A DNA stretch of 64,000 nt from an uncultured Acidobacteriota bacterium (GCA_964561785.1 CAZLRF010000029.1:1-64000); one strand, 5' to 3'; shown: positions 9,045 through 19,190, counted from the first letter of the stretch. Numbers and translations are program-made. Notes: generated by a model not told the origin, from the sequence alone.

Positions 9045-9725
9045 ATGCAGTTCGATTTGAGGACCATGGCCGAGCACATGGGCGCGGTCGCGTGGGGCGT
9101 CGTCATCGTGCTCACGATCATGTCCATGTGGTCCATCGCGGTGATGATCGAGCGGTACTGGACCTACCGCCAGGCGACCCTGCAGTCGCGCAAGTACGCG
9201 CCCGACGTCGCCCGGTTCCTGAAGCAGGGCAAGATCAAGGAGGCGATCGACGTCTCCGACGGGAAGCAGTACAAGCTGTCCCACCTCGCCAAGGTGCTGA
9301 AGCCGGGCCTGCAGGAGTGGCAGTACCAGGTCGAGACGGGTGAGGCCGAGAAGGACCGCGACGGCGCGGTCGAGTCGGCCAAGCGGGCCATCCAGCGCGC
9401 GACCGCGGTGAACCTCGCCGACCTCAAGCGGGGGCTGTCCGGCCTCGCCACGATCGGCGCCACCGCCCCGTTCGTCGGCCTCTTCGGCACGACCTTCGGC
9501 ATCATCAACGCCTTCTCGGGCATGGCCCTCACGGGCTCGGGCGGCATCGCCGCGATCTCGGCCGGCATCGCCGAGGCCCTCATCACGACCGCCTACGGCC
9601 TGTTCGTGGCCGTTCCCGCGGTCTGGGCGTTCAACTACTTCAACGGCAAGGTCGAGGGCTTCAACGTCGAGATGGACAACTCGAGCTCCGAGCTGCTCGA
9701 CTACTTCATCAAGAAGGGCGCCTAG
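9045..9725 (+). CDS. MotA/TolQ/ExbB proton channel protein
   Basis: LATIGATAPFVGLFGT and GIAEALITTAYGLFVAVPA motifs. Confidence 0.93.
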   Translation: MQFDLRTMAEHMGAVAWGVVIVLTIMSMWSIAVMIERYWTYRQATLQSRKYAPDVARFLKQGKIKEAIDVSDGKQYKLSHLAKVLKPGLQEWQYQVETGEAEKDRDGAVESAKRAIQRATAVNLADLKRGLSGLATIGATAPFVGLFGTTFGIINAFSGMALTGSGGIAAISAGIAEALITTAYGLFVAVPAVWAFNYFNGKVEGFNVEMDNSSSELLDYFIKKGA

Positions 9726-9745
9726 CCCTAGGCGGATGCGGCGAA

Positions 9746-9771
9746 GACCGGGGTCCCTGGGGACCCCGGTC
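9746..9771. repeat. Perfect 12-bp inverted repeat between exbB and exbD
   Basis: GACCGGGGTCCC-TG-GGGACCCCGGTC. Confidence 0.85.
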
Positions 9772-9794
9772 CCGGCCGACAAGGAGTCACTCCC

Positions 9795-10223
9795 ATGTCA
9801 ATGGCAGTCGGCGGCAAGAAGGGCGGACCGATGGCGGACATCAACGTCACGCCCATGGCCGACATCATGATCGTGCTGCTCATCATCTTCATGGTCATCA
9901 CGCCCATGCTCCAGAAGGGCGTGGACGTGAAGCTGCCGCAGGCGGGCAACACCAAGGAGCGCAAGGACGAGCCCAAGACGATCGTGGTCGCCGTCCGAAA
10001 GGACACCACGACCTACCTCGGGACCCAGAAGCTCGAGAGCCAGGCGGAGCTGCTCCCCCAGATCAAGGAGCGCCTCCAGGACCTGCCCGAGGGCGCCCGC
10101 ATGATCTACCTCAAGGCCGACGAGGGCCTCCCGTACGCCGAGGTCATGAAGGTCATGGACCTCGTCCGCGAGGCGGGGGTCGAGGAAGTCGCGCTCATCG
10201 CCGAGCGCAAGGTGCAGGGGTAG
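9795..10223 (+). CDS. ExbD/TolR family protein (copy 1)
   Basis: INVTPMADIMIVLLIIFMV TM with the conserved Asp. Confidence 0.92.
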   Translation: MSMAVGGKKGGPMADINVTPMADIMIVLLIIFMVITPMLQKGVDVKLPQAGNTKERKDEPKTIVVAVRKDTTTYLGTQKLESQAELLPQIKERLQDLPEGARMIYLKADEGLPYAEVMKVMDLVREAGVEEVALIAERKVQG

Positions 10224-10227
10224 GACG

Positions 10228-10740
10228 ATGACCCACACGAACGACCCCCAGGCCCAGCACCACAAGGAGATGCAGCGCAAGCGGCGTCTGGCCGAGCACG
10301 AGGACGCCCACGCCTCCTCGGGCGCGATGGCCGACATCAACATCACGCCGCTCATCGACGTGATGCTGGTGCTGCTCATCATCTTCATGGTGGTCACCCC
10401 GCTCGCGCAGAAGGGCCTCGACATCTCGCTCCCCCAGCCCCCCCCGCCCAACCAGCCCGAGCAGAAGAGCCAGGCGAACCAGGTGGTCCTCGCCCTCGAG
10501 GAGGGCGCCATCACCGTCAACAAGAACCCCGTCACCGTCGAGGAGCTCGAGGCGAGGCTCCGCGACATCTACCAGGCCCGCTCGGACAAGACGATCTTCG
10601 TCCGGGCCACCGGGACCGTGCCCTACGGCAGCGTCGTGCAGGCGATGGACATCGCCAAGGCCGCGGGGGTCGAGCGGATCGGGATCATCTCCGAGAAGAT
10701 GATCGAGGAGGCGGGAGGCGTCGTCGGCGGCCAGCCCTAG
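10228..10740 (+). CDS. ExbD/TolR family protein (copy 2)
   Basis: INITPLIDVMLVLLIIFMV TM with the conserved Asp. Confidence 0.92.
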   Translation: MTHTNDPQAQHHKEMQRKRRLAEHEDAHASSGAMADINITPLIDVMLVLLIIFMVVTPLAQKGLDISLPQPPPPNQPEQKSQANQVVLALEEGAITVNKNPVTVEELEARLRDIYQARSDKTIFVRATGTVPYGSVVQAMDIAKAAGVERIGIISEKMIEEAGGVVGGQP

Positions 10741-10768
10741 AGAGGCGAAGCGTCGCGGCCGGACGCCC

Positions 10769-10866
10769 GGAAGGGGCCCCGAGAGGGGCCCTTTTCCTTT
10801 CGACTCAGTCCCGAAGATCTACGCCGCGCGCAAGAGGAAAGGGCGCTCCCGAGAGGGGCGCCCTTT
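10769..10866. terminator. Pair of terminator hairpins between convergent exbD and TPR genes
   Basis: GGAAGGGGCCCC-GAGA-GGGGCCCTTTTCC(TTTT) at 10769-10801 and AAAGGGCGCTCC-CGAGA-GGGGCGCCCTTT at 10838-10866. Confidence 0.75.
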
Positions 10867-10900
10867 CGTGGGCGGCGGGCCGTCCCCGCCGCTCGGGGGC

Positions 10901-11959
10901 CTACTTGCCCTCGGCCGCGGCCGCCGCTTCGGGCGGGATCTCCGCGGTCGCGCCGGCGCTCGCCGCCGCCTGAGCCTCCTTGCGCAGGTCCATGGCCTGC
11001 TTCTGCAGGAGCACGGCCTGGTCGAGGTAGCGCTTGCGCTCGGCCATGTTGGGTGCGACCTGGGCCTTGACCCGATAGAGGAGGCCCTTGGTGATGATCG
11101 CCTCCCAGTAGTCGGGCTTCACGGCGAGCGACTTGTCGATCGCCACGATGCCCTTGTCCGCGAGCGCGTTCTTCTCCTTGTCGGAGATGAGGGGGTCGCG
11201 GTAGGCCTTGTCCCAGTAGAACATCGCGAGCTTGTAGTGGCCGGAGGGGTCGGAGGCGTCGATGTCGGCGCAGCGCTCGAGGGTGGCGATCGCCTCGTTG
11301 AACTTGGCGCGCCGCGCGCCCTTGCTGGTGTTCTCCGCCCAGACCGCGCCCTGGTCGTCCCAGAGGGGCTTGTTGTAGAAGGCGGCGAGGGCGCCGCAGG
11401 CCTTCGCGTCGCTCGGGTTCTGCTCGCTGACCTTCACGTACGTGGCCTCCGCCTCGGCCACCCGGTTGAACTTCTCGTAGAGGTTCGCCATCGCGTAGAG
11501 GTTCTTGGTGTCGTTCGGGTTGTCCTTGACGAGCATCTCCGCGTACCCGAGCGCCTTCTCGTAGTTCGAGAGCGGCGGGTCGGAGTAGATCGTGGTGAGG
11601 GCGCCGAGAGCGTTGAGCCGCACCTGCTGGAGGTTCGGTGTGTCGTTCTTGTTGGTGGCGAGCGACTGCTCGTAGTGCTCGATGGCCTTGTCGAGGTGCA
11701 TCCGGTTCTCGTCGCCCTCCTTGCCGGGTCGGTAGAGGGCCTGGTGGGAGCTCGCCAGGTAGAAGTGCGCCTCGGTGAAGTCGGGCTTGAGCTGGACGGC
11801 CCGCTCGTAGTGCTCGATGGCCTTGCGGTAGTTCTCTTCCTTGTAGCGGGCGTTGCCGTCCTTGAACGCGGCCTTCGCCTGGACGAGGGTGCACCCGACA
11901 CTCGCCAGGACGAGCGGCAGAAGGGCGGCGAGGACAGGTGCGTGATATCGGGTTCTCAT
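10901..11959 (-). CDS. TPR-repeat lipoprotein (352 aa)
   Basis: Start at MRTRYHAP with lipobox-like LASVGC; repeated TPR helices (AIEHYERAVQLKPDFTEAHFYLA). Confidence 0.82.
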   Translation of the reverse strand: MRTRYHAPVLAALLPLVLASVGCTLVQAKAAFKDGNARYKEENYRKAIEHYERAVQLKPDFTEAHFYLASSHQALYRPGKEGDENRMHLDKAIEHYEQSLATNKNDTPNLQQVRLNALGALTTIYSDPPLSNYEKALGYAEMLVKDNPNDTKNLYAMANLYEKFNRVAEAEATYVKVSEQNPSDAKACGALAAFYNKPLWDDQGAVWAENTSKGARRAKFNEAIATLERCADIDASDPSGHYKLAMFYWDKAYRDPLISDKEKNALADKGIVAIDKSLAVKPDYWEAIITKGLLYRVKAQVAPNMAERKRYLDQAVLLQKQAMDLRKEAQAAASAGATAEIPPEAAAAAEGK

Positions 11960-12099
11960 CGGCCGTCTCCCGTGAAAGTCATTGAATACAAAAGGACTCC
12001 GAGGAAGCGGATTATAGGCACGCGGCTTCACCCGAGTCAAGGAACCGCGCGGCTCATTTGACCCCGGATCACGCGCTCCCTAGACTCGCCAACAGATCC

Positions 12100-14265
12100 A
12101 TGATCCGCTTCGAGGACATCCAGGACACCGTGCAGCGGCACCACCCGGACGCCGACCTCGACGTCCTGCGCCGGGCGTACGTCTTCTCCGCGGTCGAGCA
12201 CAAGGGACAGGTCAGGGCCTCCGGCGAGCCCTACCTCGTGCACCCCCTCGAGGTGGCGGCGATCCTCGCCGAGATGCGCATGGACCCGATCTGCGTCGCG
12301 GTCGGCCTCCTGCACGACGTGCTCGAGGACACGCTCACGACGCCGGAGCGGCTCGAGGAGTACTTCGGCAAGGACGTGCTGCACATCGTGGAGGGGGTCA
12401 CCAAGATCTCCAAGATCCCCTTCGCCACCACCGAGGAGCGCCAGGCGGAGACGTACCGCAAGATGCTGCTCGCGATGGTCGACGACATCCGGGTCATCCT
12501 GGTCAAGCTCGCCGACCGGCTCCACAACATGCGGACGCTCCAGCACCTGCCCGAGGACCGCCGGCAGCGCATCTCCCGCGAGACGCTCGACATCTACGCG
12601 CCGATCGCCGGCCGGCTCGGGATGGCCAAGGTCAAGAACGAGCTCGAGGACCTCGCCTTCCGCTACCTCGACCCCGCCGCGTACAGCGCCCTCGCGGCCA
12701 AGGTCGAGGAGCGCCGCCAGCGCGCCGCCGCCTTCGTCGAGAAGATCCGGACGACCGTCACCGAGAAGCTCGCGGCGGCGGGGGTCGAGGCGACGATCGA
12801 GGGCCGCATCAAGCGCCTCCACTCGATCCAGCAGAAGCTGAGGCGGCAGCGCATCGACCTCGACCAGGTGTACGACTTCGTGGCCCTGCGCGTGCTGGTG
12901 GACACGGTGCCCGACTGCTACGCCGCCCTCGGCGTGCTCCACAACACGTGGCGGCCCGTGCCCGGGCGCATCAAGGACTTCATCGCGATGCCCCGGCCGA
13001 ACGGCTACCAGTCGCTGCACACCTCGGTCATCTCCGACGACGGGCACCCCTTCGAGGTCCAGATCCGCACCCACGAGATGCACCGCATCGCGGAGGAGGG
13101 GATCGCCGCGCACTGGAAGTACAAGGAGGGGCGCACCGGGGTCGACAAGGACGACCACGCCTTCTCCTGGCTGCGGCAGCTGCTCGAGTGGCAGCAGGAG
13201 GTCAAGGACCCCCACGAGTTCCTGAACTCGCTGAAGCTCGACCTCTACCCCGAGGAGGTGTACTGCTTCACCCCGAAGGGCGAGGTGAAGATGCTCCCCC
13301 GGGGCGCCTCCCCGATCGACTTCGCCTACGCGATCCACACCGAGGTCGGCCACCAGTGCGTGGGGGCGCGGGTCAACGGGAAGATGGTGCCCCTGCGCTA
13401 CAAGCTCAAGAACGGGGACATCGTCGAGATCCTGACCTCTCCCGGCCACAAGCCGAGCCGGGACTGGCTGGGATTCACCGTCACGAACAAAGCCAAGGCG
13501 AAGATCCGGCACTGGCTCAACACCACCGAGAAGCTGCAGGCGCTCGAGATCGGGCGCAAGCACCTCGAGAGGGAGCTGCGCCGCTACGACCTCTCGCTCA
13601 AGAAGGTCGTCTCCGAGCCCTCTCCCCTCGAGTCGCTCGCCCAGGAGCTCGGGGTCGGCTCCCGCCTCGACGACCTGTTCGCCGCGCTCGGCTACGGCAA
13701 GGTCTCGGCGCGGCAGGTGCTCGCCCGCCTCCTCCCTCCGGAGAGGCTGGAGCGGCCCCCGGCGAAGCCGCGGCCGGTGGTGGACGCGGTCAAGCGCCTC
13801 CTGCGCCGGGGCGACGAGCGGATCACGGTCAAGGGGACCGACGACCTCCTCGTCTACCGGGCCAAGTGCTGCAACCCCATCATGGGAGAGCCGATCGTCG
13901 GCTACATCACCCGCGGCAAGGGCGTCTCGGTCCACTCGGTGAACTGCCCGAACGTCACGAACCTCGTCTACGACCCCGACCGCCGGATCGCGGTCGAGTG
14001 GGAGGCGGGGGCGGAGGGAGGCTACGAGGTCCGCCTCGCGGTGGGGCTCGAGGACCGGCCGGGCGCCCTCGCCGCGGTCACCGCCGCGCTCGCCGCGATG
14101 AACACCGACGTCCGCGACGCCCAGGTCCGGACCTTCGACGACAAGACGGCCTCGATCGAGCTGACCGTGCGGATCAACGACCTCAAGCACCTCGACAAGG
14201 TGCTCAAGTCGGTGCGGGGCATCTCCGGCGTCATCGACGTCTCCCGGCAGGCCGTGGCCCGCTAG
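12100..14265 (+). CDS. relA: Bifunctional (p)ppGpp synthetase/hydrolase (long RSH)
   Basis: HD hydrolase (LLHDVLED), synthetase (GRIK, YQSLH, FEVQIRT), TGS, CC (KCCNP) and ACT domains. Confidence 0.96.
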   Translation: MIRFEDIQDTVQRHHPDADLDVLRRAYVFSAVEHKGQVRASGEPYLVHPLEVAAILAEMRMDPICVAVGLLHDVLEDTLTTPERLEEYFGKDVLHIVEGVTKISKIPFATTEERQAETYRKMLLAMVDDIRVILVKLADRLHNMRTLQHLPEDRRQRISRETLDIYAPIAGRLGMAKVKNELEDLAFRYLDPAAYSALAAKVEERRQRAAAFVEKIRTTVTEKLAAAGVEATIEGRIKRLHSIQQKLRRQRIDLDQVYDFVALRVLVDTVPDCYAALGVLHNTWRPVPGRIKDFIAMPRPNGYQSLHTSVISDDGHPFEVQIRTHEMHRIAEEGIAAHWKYKEGRTGVDKDDHAFSWLRQLLEWQQEVKDPHEFLNSLKLDLYPEEVYCFTPKGEVKMLPRGASPIDFAYAIHTEVGHQCVGARVNGKMVPLRYKLKNGDIVEILTSPGHKPSRDWLGFTVTNKAKAKIRHWLNTTEKLQALEIGRKHLERELRRYDLSLKKVVSEPSPLESLAQELGVGSRLDDLFAALGYGKVSARQVLARLLPPERLERPPAKPRPVVDAVKRLLRRGDERITVKGTDDLLVYRAKCCNPIMGEPIVGYITRGKGVSVHSVNCPNVTNLVYDPDRRIAVEWEAGAEGGYEVRLAVGLEDRPGALAAVTAALAAMNTDVRDAQVRTFDDKTASIELTVRINDLKHLDKVLKSVRGISGVIDVSRQAVAR

Positions 14266-14353
14266 AGAGAGGCCGCGCGCCGGGGGCGAAAGCGTTTGCG
14301 CTCCCCGGCCACACCGGATAGGCTCGCTTCGCTCCCTCCAAGGAGGTCCGGTC

Positions 14354-14734
14354 GTGCCCAGCAAGTACGTCTCGACGCCCCACGCCCCGAAGCCCATCGG
14401 GCCCTACTCGCAGGGCGTCATCTCCGGCGGGTTCCTCTTCTGCTCGGGCCAGATCGCGCTCGATCCCCAGACGGGGGAGCTCCTGGACGGGGACGTCGCC
14501 GCCCAGACCGAGAGGGTGCTCCAGAACCTGATGGCGGTGCTCCGCGAAGCCAAGATGGGTCCGGAGAACGTGGTCAAGACCACGGTCTACCTGGCGGACA
14601 TGGCCGACTTCGCGGCCATGAACGAGGTCTACGCCCGCCACCTCGGGGCGAAGCCCCCGGCGCGCACCACGATCGCCGCCGCCGGCCTGCCGCGCGGGGT
14701 GAGGGTCGAGATCGACGTGGTCGCGGCCTACTAG
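14354..14734 (+). CDS. RidA/YjgF family enamine/imine deaminase
   Basis: PIGPYSQ, SGQI, KTTVYL, PARTT, LPRGVRVEID. Confidence 0.93.
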   Translation: MPSKYVSTPHAPKPIGPYSQGVISGGFLFCSGQIALDPQTGELLDGDVAAQTERVLQNLMAVLREAKMGPENVVKTTVYLADMADFAAMNEVYARHLGAKPPARTTIAAAGLPRGVRVEIDVVAAY

Positions 14735-14735
14735 G

Positions 14736-14966
14736 CTAGGCCGAGGCCGCCCCCGCCTTCGACCGGGCCTGGGGGGCGGGCTTCGTCACCTTGCCGGACC
14801 GCAGGCACCGGGTGCAGACCCGAACCCGCTTGTGGGTCCCCCGCCCCACGACCGCCCGCACCGAGACGAGGTTCGGGTTGAACCGGCGGTGGGTCACGTT
14901 GTGCGCGTGGCTGATCCGATTCCCGAACTGCGGGCCCTTGCCGCAGATGTCGCAACGCTGTGCCAT
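14736..14966 (-). CDS. rpmB: 50S ribosomal protein L28 (zinc-ribbon type)
   Basis: CDICGK...[19 protein letters not shown]...CTRCLRSG. Confidence 0.96.
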   Translation of the reverse strand: MAQRCDICGKGPQFGNRISHAHNVTHRRFNPNLVSVRAVVGRGTHKRVRVCTRCLRSGKVTKPAPQARSKAGAASA

Positions 14967-15018
14967 GACGAACGCCTCCCGTGAGGGCCCGAAGAACCGA
15001 CCCTGGAGCCAAAAGATG

Positions 15019-15047
15019 AGTGTATCGAGGCCCGTTCACCCCGTCAA
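15019..15047 (-). promoter_or_regulatory. Sigma70-type promoter of rpmB
   Basis: Minus strand TTGACG (15047-15042), 17-nt spacer, TACACT (15024-15019). Confidence 0.65.
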
Positions 15048-15152
15048 GGCCGGGGCCCTCCACGGGGCCTCCCCTTCGTCCCCCGTGCACGCCGCGCTCC
15101 CAGCGCCCCCGCGCCCGCCGGCGGTGCGTGCTATAGTCCGTCGCGCCCGGTC

Positions 15153-16886
15153 ATGGTCCAGTTCAACTTCAGCGAGCGGACCATCAAAGCGAAGGTGGTC
15201 TACTACGGACCCCCGCAGTCGGGGAAGACCACGAACCTCGAGCAGATCCACCGGATCACCGACCCCGACGGCTCGAACCGCCTCATCTCGCTCAACACGG
15301 CCCAGGACCGGACGCTCTTCTTCGACCTGCTCCCGTTCAGCCTCGGGAGCGTCTCCGGGTACGACTTCAAGATCCAGCTCTACACCGTGCCGGGGCAGGT
15401 GCAGTACAACGCCACCCGGCGGGTGGTCCTCGCCGGGGCGGACGCGGTCGTCTTCGTCGCCGACAGCCAGGCGCAGATGGCGCGCGAGAACCTGATGGCC
15501 TTCGAGAACATGAAGGTCAATCTCCTCGCCAACCGCCTGGTGCCGGAGAAGGTGCCTCTCGTCCTGCAGTACAACAAGCAGGACCTCGGCTCGCTCCTCC
15601 CCCGTTCCGAGCTCGACCGCACGCTCAACGCGTGGGGCCGAAGGGCGTTCCCCGCCGTCGCCTCCCGCGGCGAGGGGGTCATCGAGACGTTCGTCGCCGT
15701 CGTCCAGGACATGCTCGGGGCCATCGCCCAGAAGTACAACCTGAAGGAGAAGGGCCTCGACCCCGCGGCGGTGCCGGAGATCGTCGCCGAAGCGTTCGCC
15801 TCGATCCTCCGCCGGCCGCCGCCGGCGCCCGCCCCCGCCGCGTCTCCCTCCGTGCCCGCCCCCGCCCCCGCCGCGCCCCCCTCCGCCCCCGCGGCTCCCC
15901 CCGCCCGCGTGGTGATCGCTCAGCCCGAGGGGATGGAGCCCGCGTATCCCGGGCAGGCCGGGCCCGAAGCGAGCCCGGTCTCCGAGGAGCTCCTGCACCG
16001 GGCGATCCGCTCCAACGTCGAGCTCGCGGAGGTGCTGGGGCAGGTCGTGCGCGAGATGAGCCAGGGGCTCGTGACGGTCCAGCAGCACGCGGAGAGGCTC
16101 GCCTCGGTCCAGGAGGAGGCCTCGCGAGGGGCCCTCGTCGCGGCGATCCGGGGCGAAGTCCGACGCCTCCAGGGGACGCTGCGCTCGCTCGGCCAGGCCG
16201 CTCCCCCCAAGGCGGCCGTACCCCGGCGCGCGCCGGGGCCGCCCCAGGTGACGCCCGTGCCCCCGCGCCCCGTCACCCCCCCTCCGGCTCCCGGCGACCC
16301 GCGCCGGCCGGCCGCACCCGCGCCCGCGGTCCTCCCGCCCCCCTCCGCGCCGCGCCCGCCGGCTCCGTCTCCCGCGACGACTCCGCCCCGGCCCTCCCCC
16401 CCGCCGCCCGCGCCGGCCGCCGCCGGACCGCAGCCGGCCGGAACCGGCCTCGACGGTCTCGTGGCCGAGGTCCTCGGTGCGGCGCGCGCCGTCCTCGCCG
16501 CGCGCCCGGTCACGGTCGACAACCGTGTCGCCCGGGGCGCGGCGCTGCCGCGGTGCTCCCCGGCGGCGCTGCGCCGCGCCCTCGCCGGGTTCGTGCAGGG
16601 GCTGGCCGGCGTGGCCCCGCCCGCCACCGGGATCCTGCTCCGCGCCGAACGAAAGCCCGTCCTCCTGCGCGGCCGCGACGGCAGCGAGGTGAAGCGCGAC
16701 TTCCTGATGATCGCCTTCACCCAGGCGGGGGGCCTGCTCGACGCGGACCAGCAGCGCATCCTGAAGGGCGCCGACCCCGGCCCCCTCGGGGAGGGGCACC
16801 GCCTCGTGCGCGAGATGGGAGGCTTCCTGCGCTTCGCCCCCCTCCCCGGCGGGGCGCTCGAGACGAGGGTGTTCCTGCCGGCATGA
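15153..16886 (+). CDS. MglA-like small GTPase fused through Pro-rich linkers to a degenerate histidine-kinase-like module
   Basis: YYGPPQSGKTTN, DRTLFFD, TVPGQ and NKQD are MglA-type G motifs; the C-terminal part resembles HisKA/HATPase_c folds without catalytic residues. Confidence 0.8.
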   Translation: MVQFNFSERTIKAKVVYYGPPQSGKTTNLEQIHRITDPDGSNRLISLNTAQDRTLFFDLLPFSLGSVSGYDFKIQLYTVPGQVQYNATRRVVLAGADAVVFVADSQAQMARENLMAFENMKVNLLANRLVPEKVPLVLQYNKQDLGSLLPRSELDRTLNAWGRRAFPAVASRGEGVIETFVAVVQDMLGAIAQKYNLKEKGLDPAAVPEIVAEAFASILRRPPPAPAPAASPSVPAPAPAAPPSAPAAPPARVVIAQPEGMEPAYPGQAGPEASPVSEELLHRAIRSNVELAEVLGQVVREMSQGLVTVQQHAERLASVQEEASRGALVAAIRGEVRRLQGTLRSLGQAAPPKAAVPRRAPGPPQVTPVPPRPVTPPPAPGDPRRPAAPAPAVLPPPSAPRPPAPSPATTPPRPSPPPPAPAAAGPQPAGTGLDGLVAEVLGAARAVLAARPVTVDNRVARGAALPRCSPAALRRALAGFVQGLAGVAPPATGILLRAERKPVLLRGRDGSEVKRDFLMIAFTQAGGLLDADQQRILKGADPGPLGEGHRLVREMGGFLRFAPLPGGALETRVFLPA

Positions 16887-16888
16887 CA

Positions 16889-16923
16889 CCTCTGCGCGCC
16901 CCGGTCGAGCGGGCGCGCAGAGG
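16889..16923. terminator. 13-bp perfect hairpin between convergent genes
   Basis: CCTCTGCGCGCCC-N9-GGGCGCGCAGAGG directly after the GTPase stop; no U-tract. Confidence 0.55.
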
Positions 16924-16973
16924 ACCTCGAAAGCCCCGGCGAAGGCCGGTCCCCCGGGCCCCCTCCGCCCCCC

Positions 16974-17756
16974 CTAGACCCCTCTCTCCAGCAGCTCCCG
17001 CAGCGCGAACGCGTCCTTCGCGACGTGGTCGGGGCGGTGGGCGAAGCGGCCGAGGTCGGCCTCCTTCGAGACCCCCGTGAGCACGAGCACGGTCGTCATG
17101 CCGGTCTGCACCCCGGCGATGACGTCCGTCTCCATGTTGTCGCCCACCATGCACGCCTCGGCCGAGTGGGCGCCGAGGTGGCGCAGGCCGGCCCTCATCA
17201 TGAACGCCGAGGGCTTGCCCACGTAGAACGGCGACTTGCCGGTGATCCGCTCGATCGGCGCGGCGAGGGCGCCGCAGCTCGGGCGGCCGCCGGGGCCGGC
17301 CACGTCGGGGTTGGTGGCGATGAACCGCGCCCCCCTCTGGATGAGCGACGCGGCGCGCTGGATCATCTCGAAGTTGAAGTGCCGGGTCTCGCCGAGGACC
17401 ACGAAGTCGGCGTCCGACTCGGAGATCGTGAAGCCGATCTTGTACAGCTCGTGGACGAGGGCTCCCTCTCCGACCACGAACGCGCGCCGGCGCTCCCCCG
17501 CCTGCTTGTCGAGGAACTCGGCGGTGGCCATGGCCGAGGTGAAGAAGTGCTCGGGCGGGGCCTCGACCCCCGCGCCGGCCAGGCGGTTGGCGAGGTCGAG
17601 CGGCGTCTGCGAGGGGTAGTTCGTCAGGAACAGGAACCGCCGCCGGGAGGCGAGCAGCCACGCGACCAGCTCCCTCGCGCCGGGCAGGGCCTCGTCGTCC
17701 TTCAGCACGACGCCGTCGATGTCGATCAGGTAGGCGCTCGTCGCCGCGTCGCTCAT
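16974..17756 (-). CDS. HAD-IIA family hydrolase, NagD-like
   Basis: DIDGV motif I, TN motif II, GKP motif III, VGDNMETD motif IV. Confidence 0.92.
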   Translation of the reverse strand: MSDAATSAYLIDIDGVVLKDDEALPGARELVAWLLASRRRFLFLTNYPSQTPLDLANRLAGAGVEAPPEHFFTSAMATAEFLDKQAGERRRAFVVGEGALVHELYKIGFTISESDADFVVLGETRHFNFEMIQRAASLIQRGARFIATNPDVAGPGGRPSCGALAAPIERITGKSPFYVGKPSAFMMRAGLRHLGAHSAEACMVGDNMETDVIAGVQTGMTTVLVLTGVSKEADLGRFAHRPDHVAKDAFALRELLERGV

Positions 17757-17769
17757 GGGTCCCCCATCT

Positions 17770-19190
17770 TCACAGCACCTCCGGCCCGGGCCCTGCGTCC
17801 TCGCCGGGGAGAAGCTCGAAGGCCTCGCCGTGGGCGGGAACCCGCGCGGAGAAGCCGCGCTCGCGCACGATGCGGGCGGCGAGGGCCTCCGCGGCCTCCG
17901 CCTCGCCGTGCGTCACGAACACCGTCCGGGGCGGCCGCGCCACCCCGGACATCCAGCGCAGCATCTCCCCCCCGTCGGCGTGGCCGGAGAGGCCCTTGAG
18001 ATCGCGCACCTCGGCGAGCACCGGCACCTCGCCCTTGTGGATCCGCACCACGTGCGCCCCGTCGAGGAGCGCCCGCCCGAGCGTCCCCGCCGCCTGGTAG
18101 CCGGTGATGAGCAGCGTGTTCTCGGGGCGGGGGAGCCGGACGCGGCAGTGGTGCAGGATGCGCCCTCCGGAGAGCATCCCGCTCGAGGAGAGGATCACGG
18201 CCGGGCCCTTCATCTTGTTGAGGGCCTCGGACTCCTGCCGGGTGCGGTGCAGGTGCACCCACTTGCCGTGGAGGAGGCTGCGCCCGCCGATGCCGTTGAG
18301 GCTCACCCGGTGGGCGTCGGGGTAGGAGGCGTAGATCCGGGTCGCGTCGACCGCCATCGGGGAGTCGATGTGGATGGGGAAGGCCCGCACCCGGCCCTCG
18401 GTGACCAGCTGGTCCATAAGGTAGACCATCTGCTGGGCCCGGCCCACCGCGAAGGCGGGGATGAGGAGGACCCCCCCGCGGGCGAACGTCTTCTTGAGGA
18501 CGCCCTCCAGCTGGTCGAGCACGGACAGCTCGGGATGCGTCCGGTTGCCGTAGGTGCTCTCCACCACCATGTAGTCGGCCTCGGGGGCGGGGTCGGGGTC
18601 CTTCGTCAGGACCGCGCCGAAGCGGCCCACGTCGCCGCTGAACAGGACGCGGGTCTCCCGTCCGCCCTCGCGCACCGTCACCTCGGCGGAGGCGGCGCCG
18701 AGGAGGTGCCCGGCGTCGCGGTAGACGAACGAGAACGCCTGGCTCACCTCCTGCGGCCGGCCGAGGGGCACGGTCCGGAAGAGCCGGATCGTCTCCTTCA
18801 CGTCCTCCTCGTCGAAGAGGGGGAGCGCGGGGGCGTGCTTGGTGAGGCCCTTGCGGTTCAGGTACCCGGCGTCCTCCTTCTGCAGGTGCGCCGCGTCGAG
18901 GAGGAGGATCTCGGCGAGCTCCTTGGTCGGCGGGGTGCAGTAGACCGGCCCCCGGTAGCCCTGCTTCACGAGCCGGGGCACGCGGCCGATGTGGTCGAGG
19001 TGGGTGTGGGTGAGGACGATCGCGTCCACGCTCGCGGGCGGGAACTCGGGCGGCGCCCAGTTCCGCAGGCGCAGCGCCTTCTCGCCCTGGAACATCCCGG
19101 AGTCCACGAGGAGCCGTCCGCCGCCGCCCTCGAGGAGGTACTGCGACCCCGTCACCGTCCGCGCCGCGCCGAGGAAGCGGAGGCGGGCCA

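Noticed and set aside
15810-16440. GC-rich quasi-repeats here and at 44900-45120, 52980-53040 and 56100-56400
   Set aside because: They simply encode Pro/Ala-rich protein linkers; no exact DNA periodicity was found.
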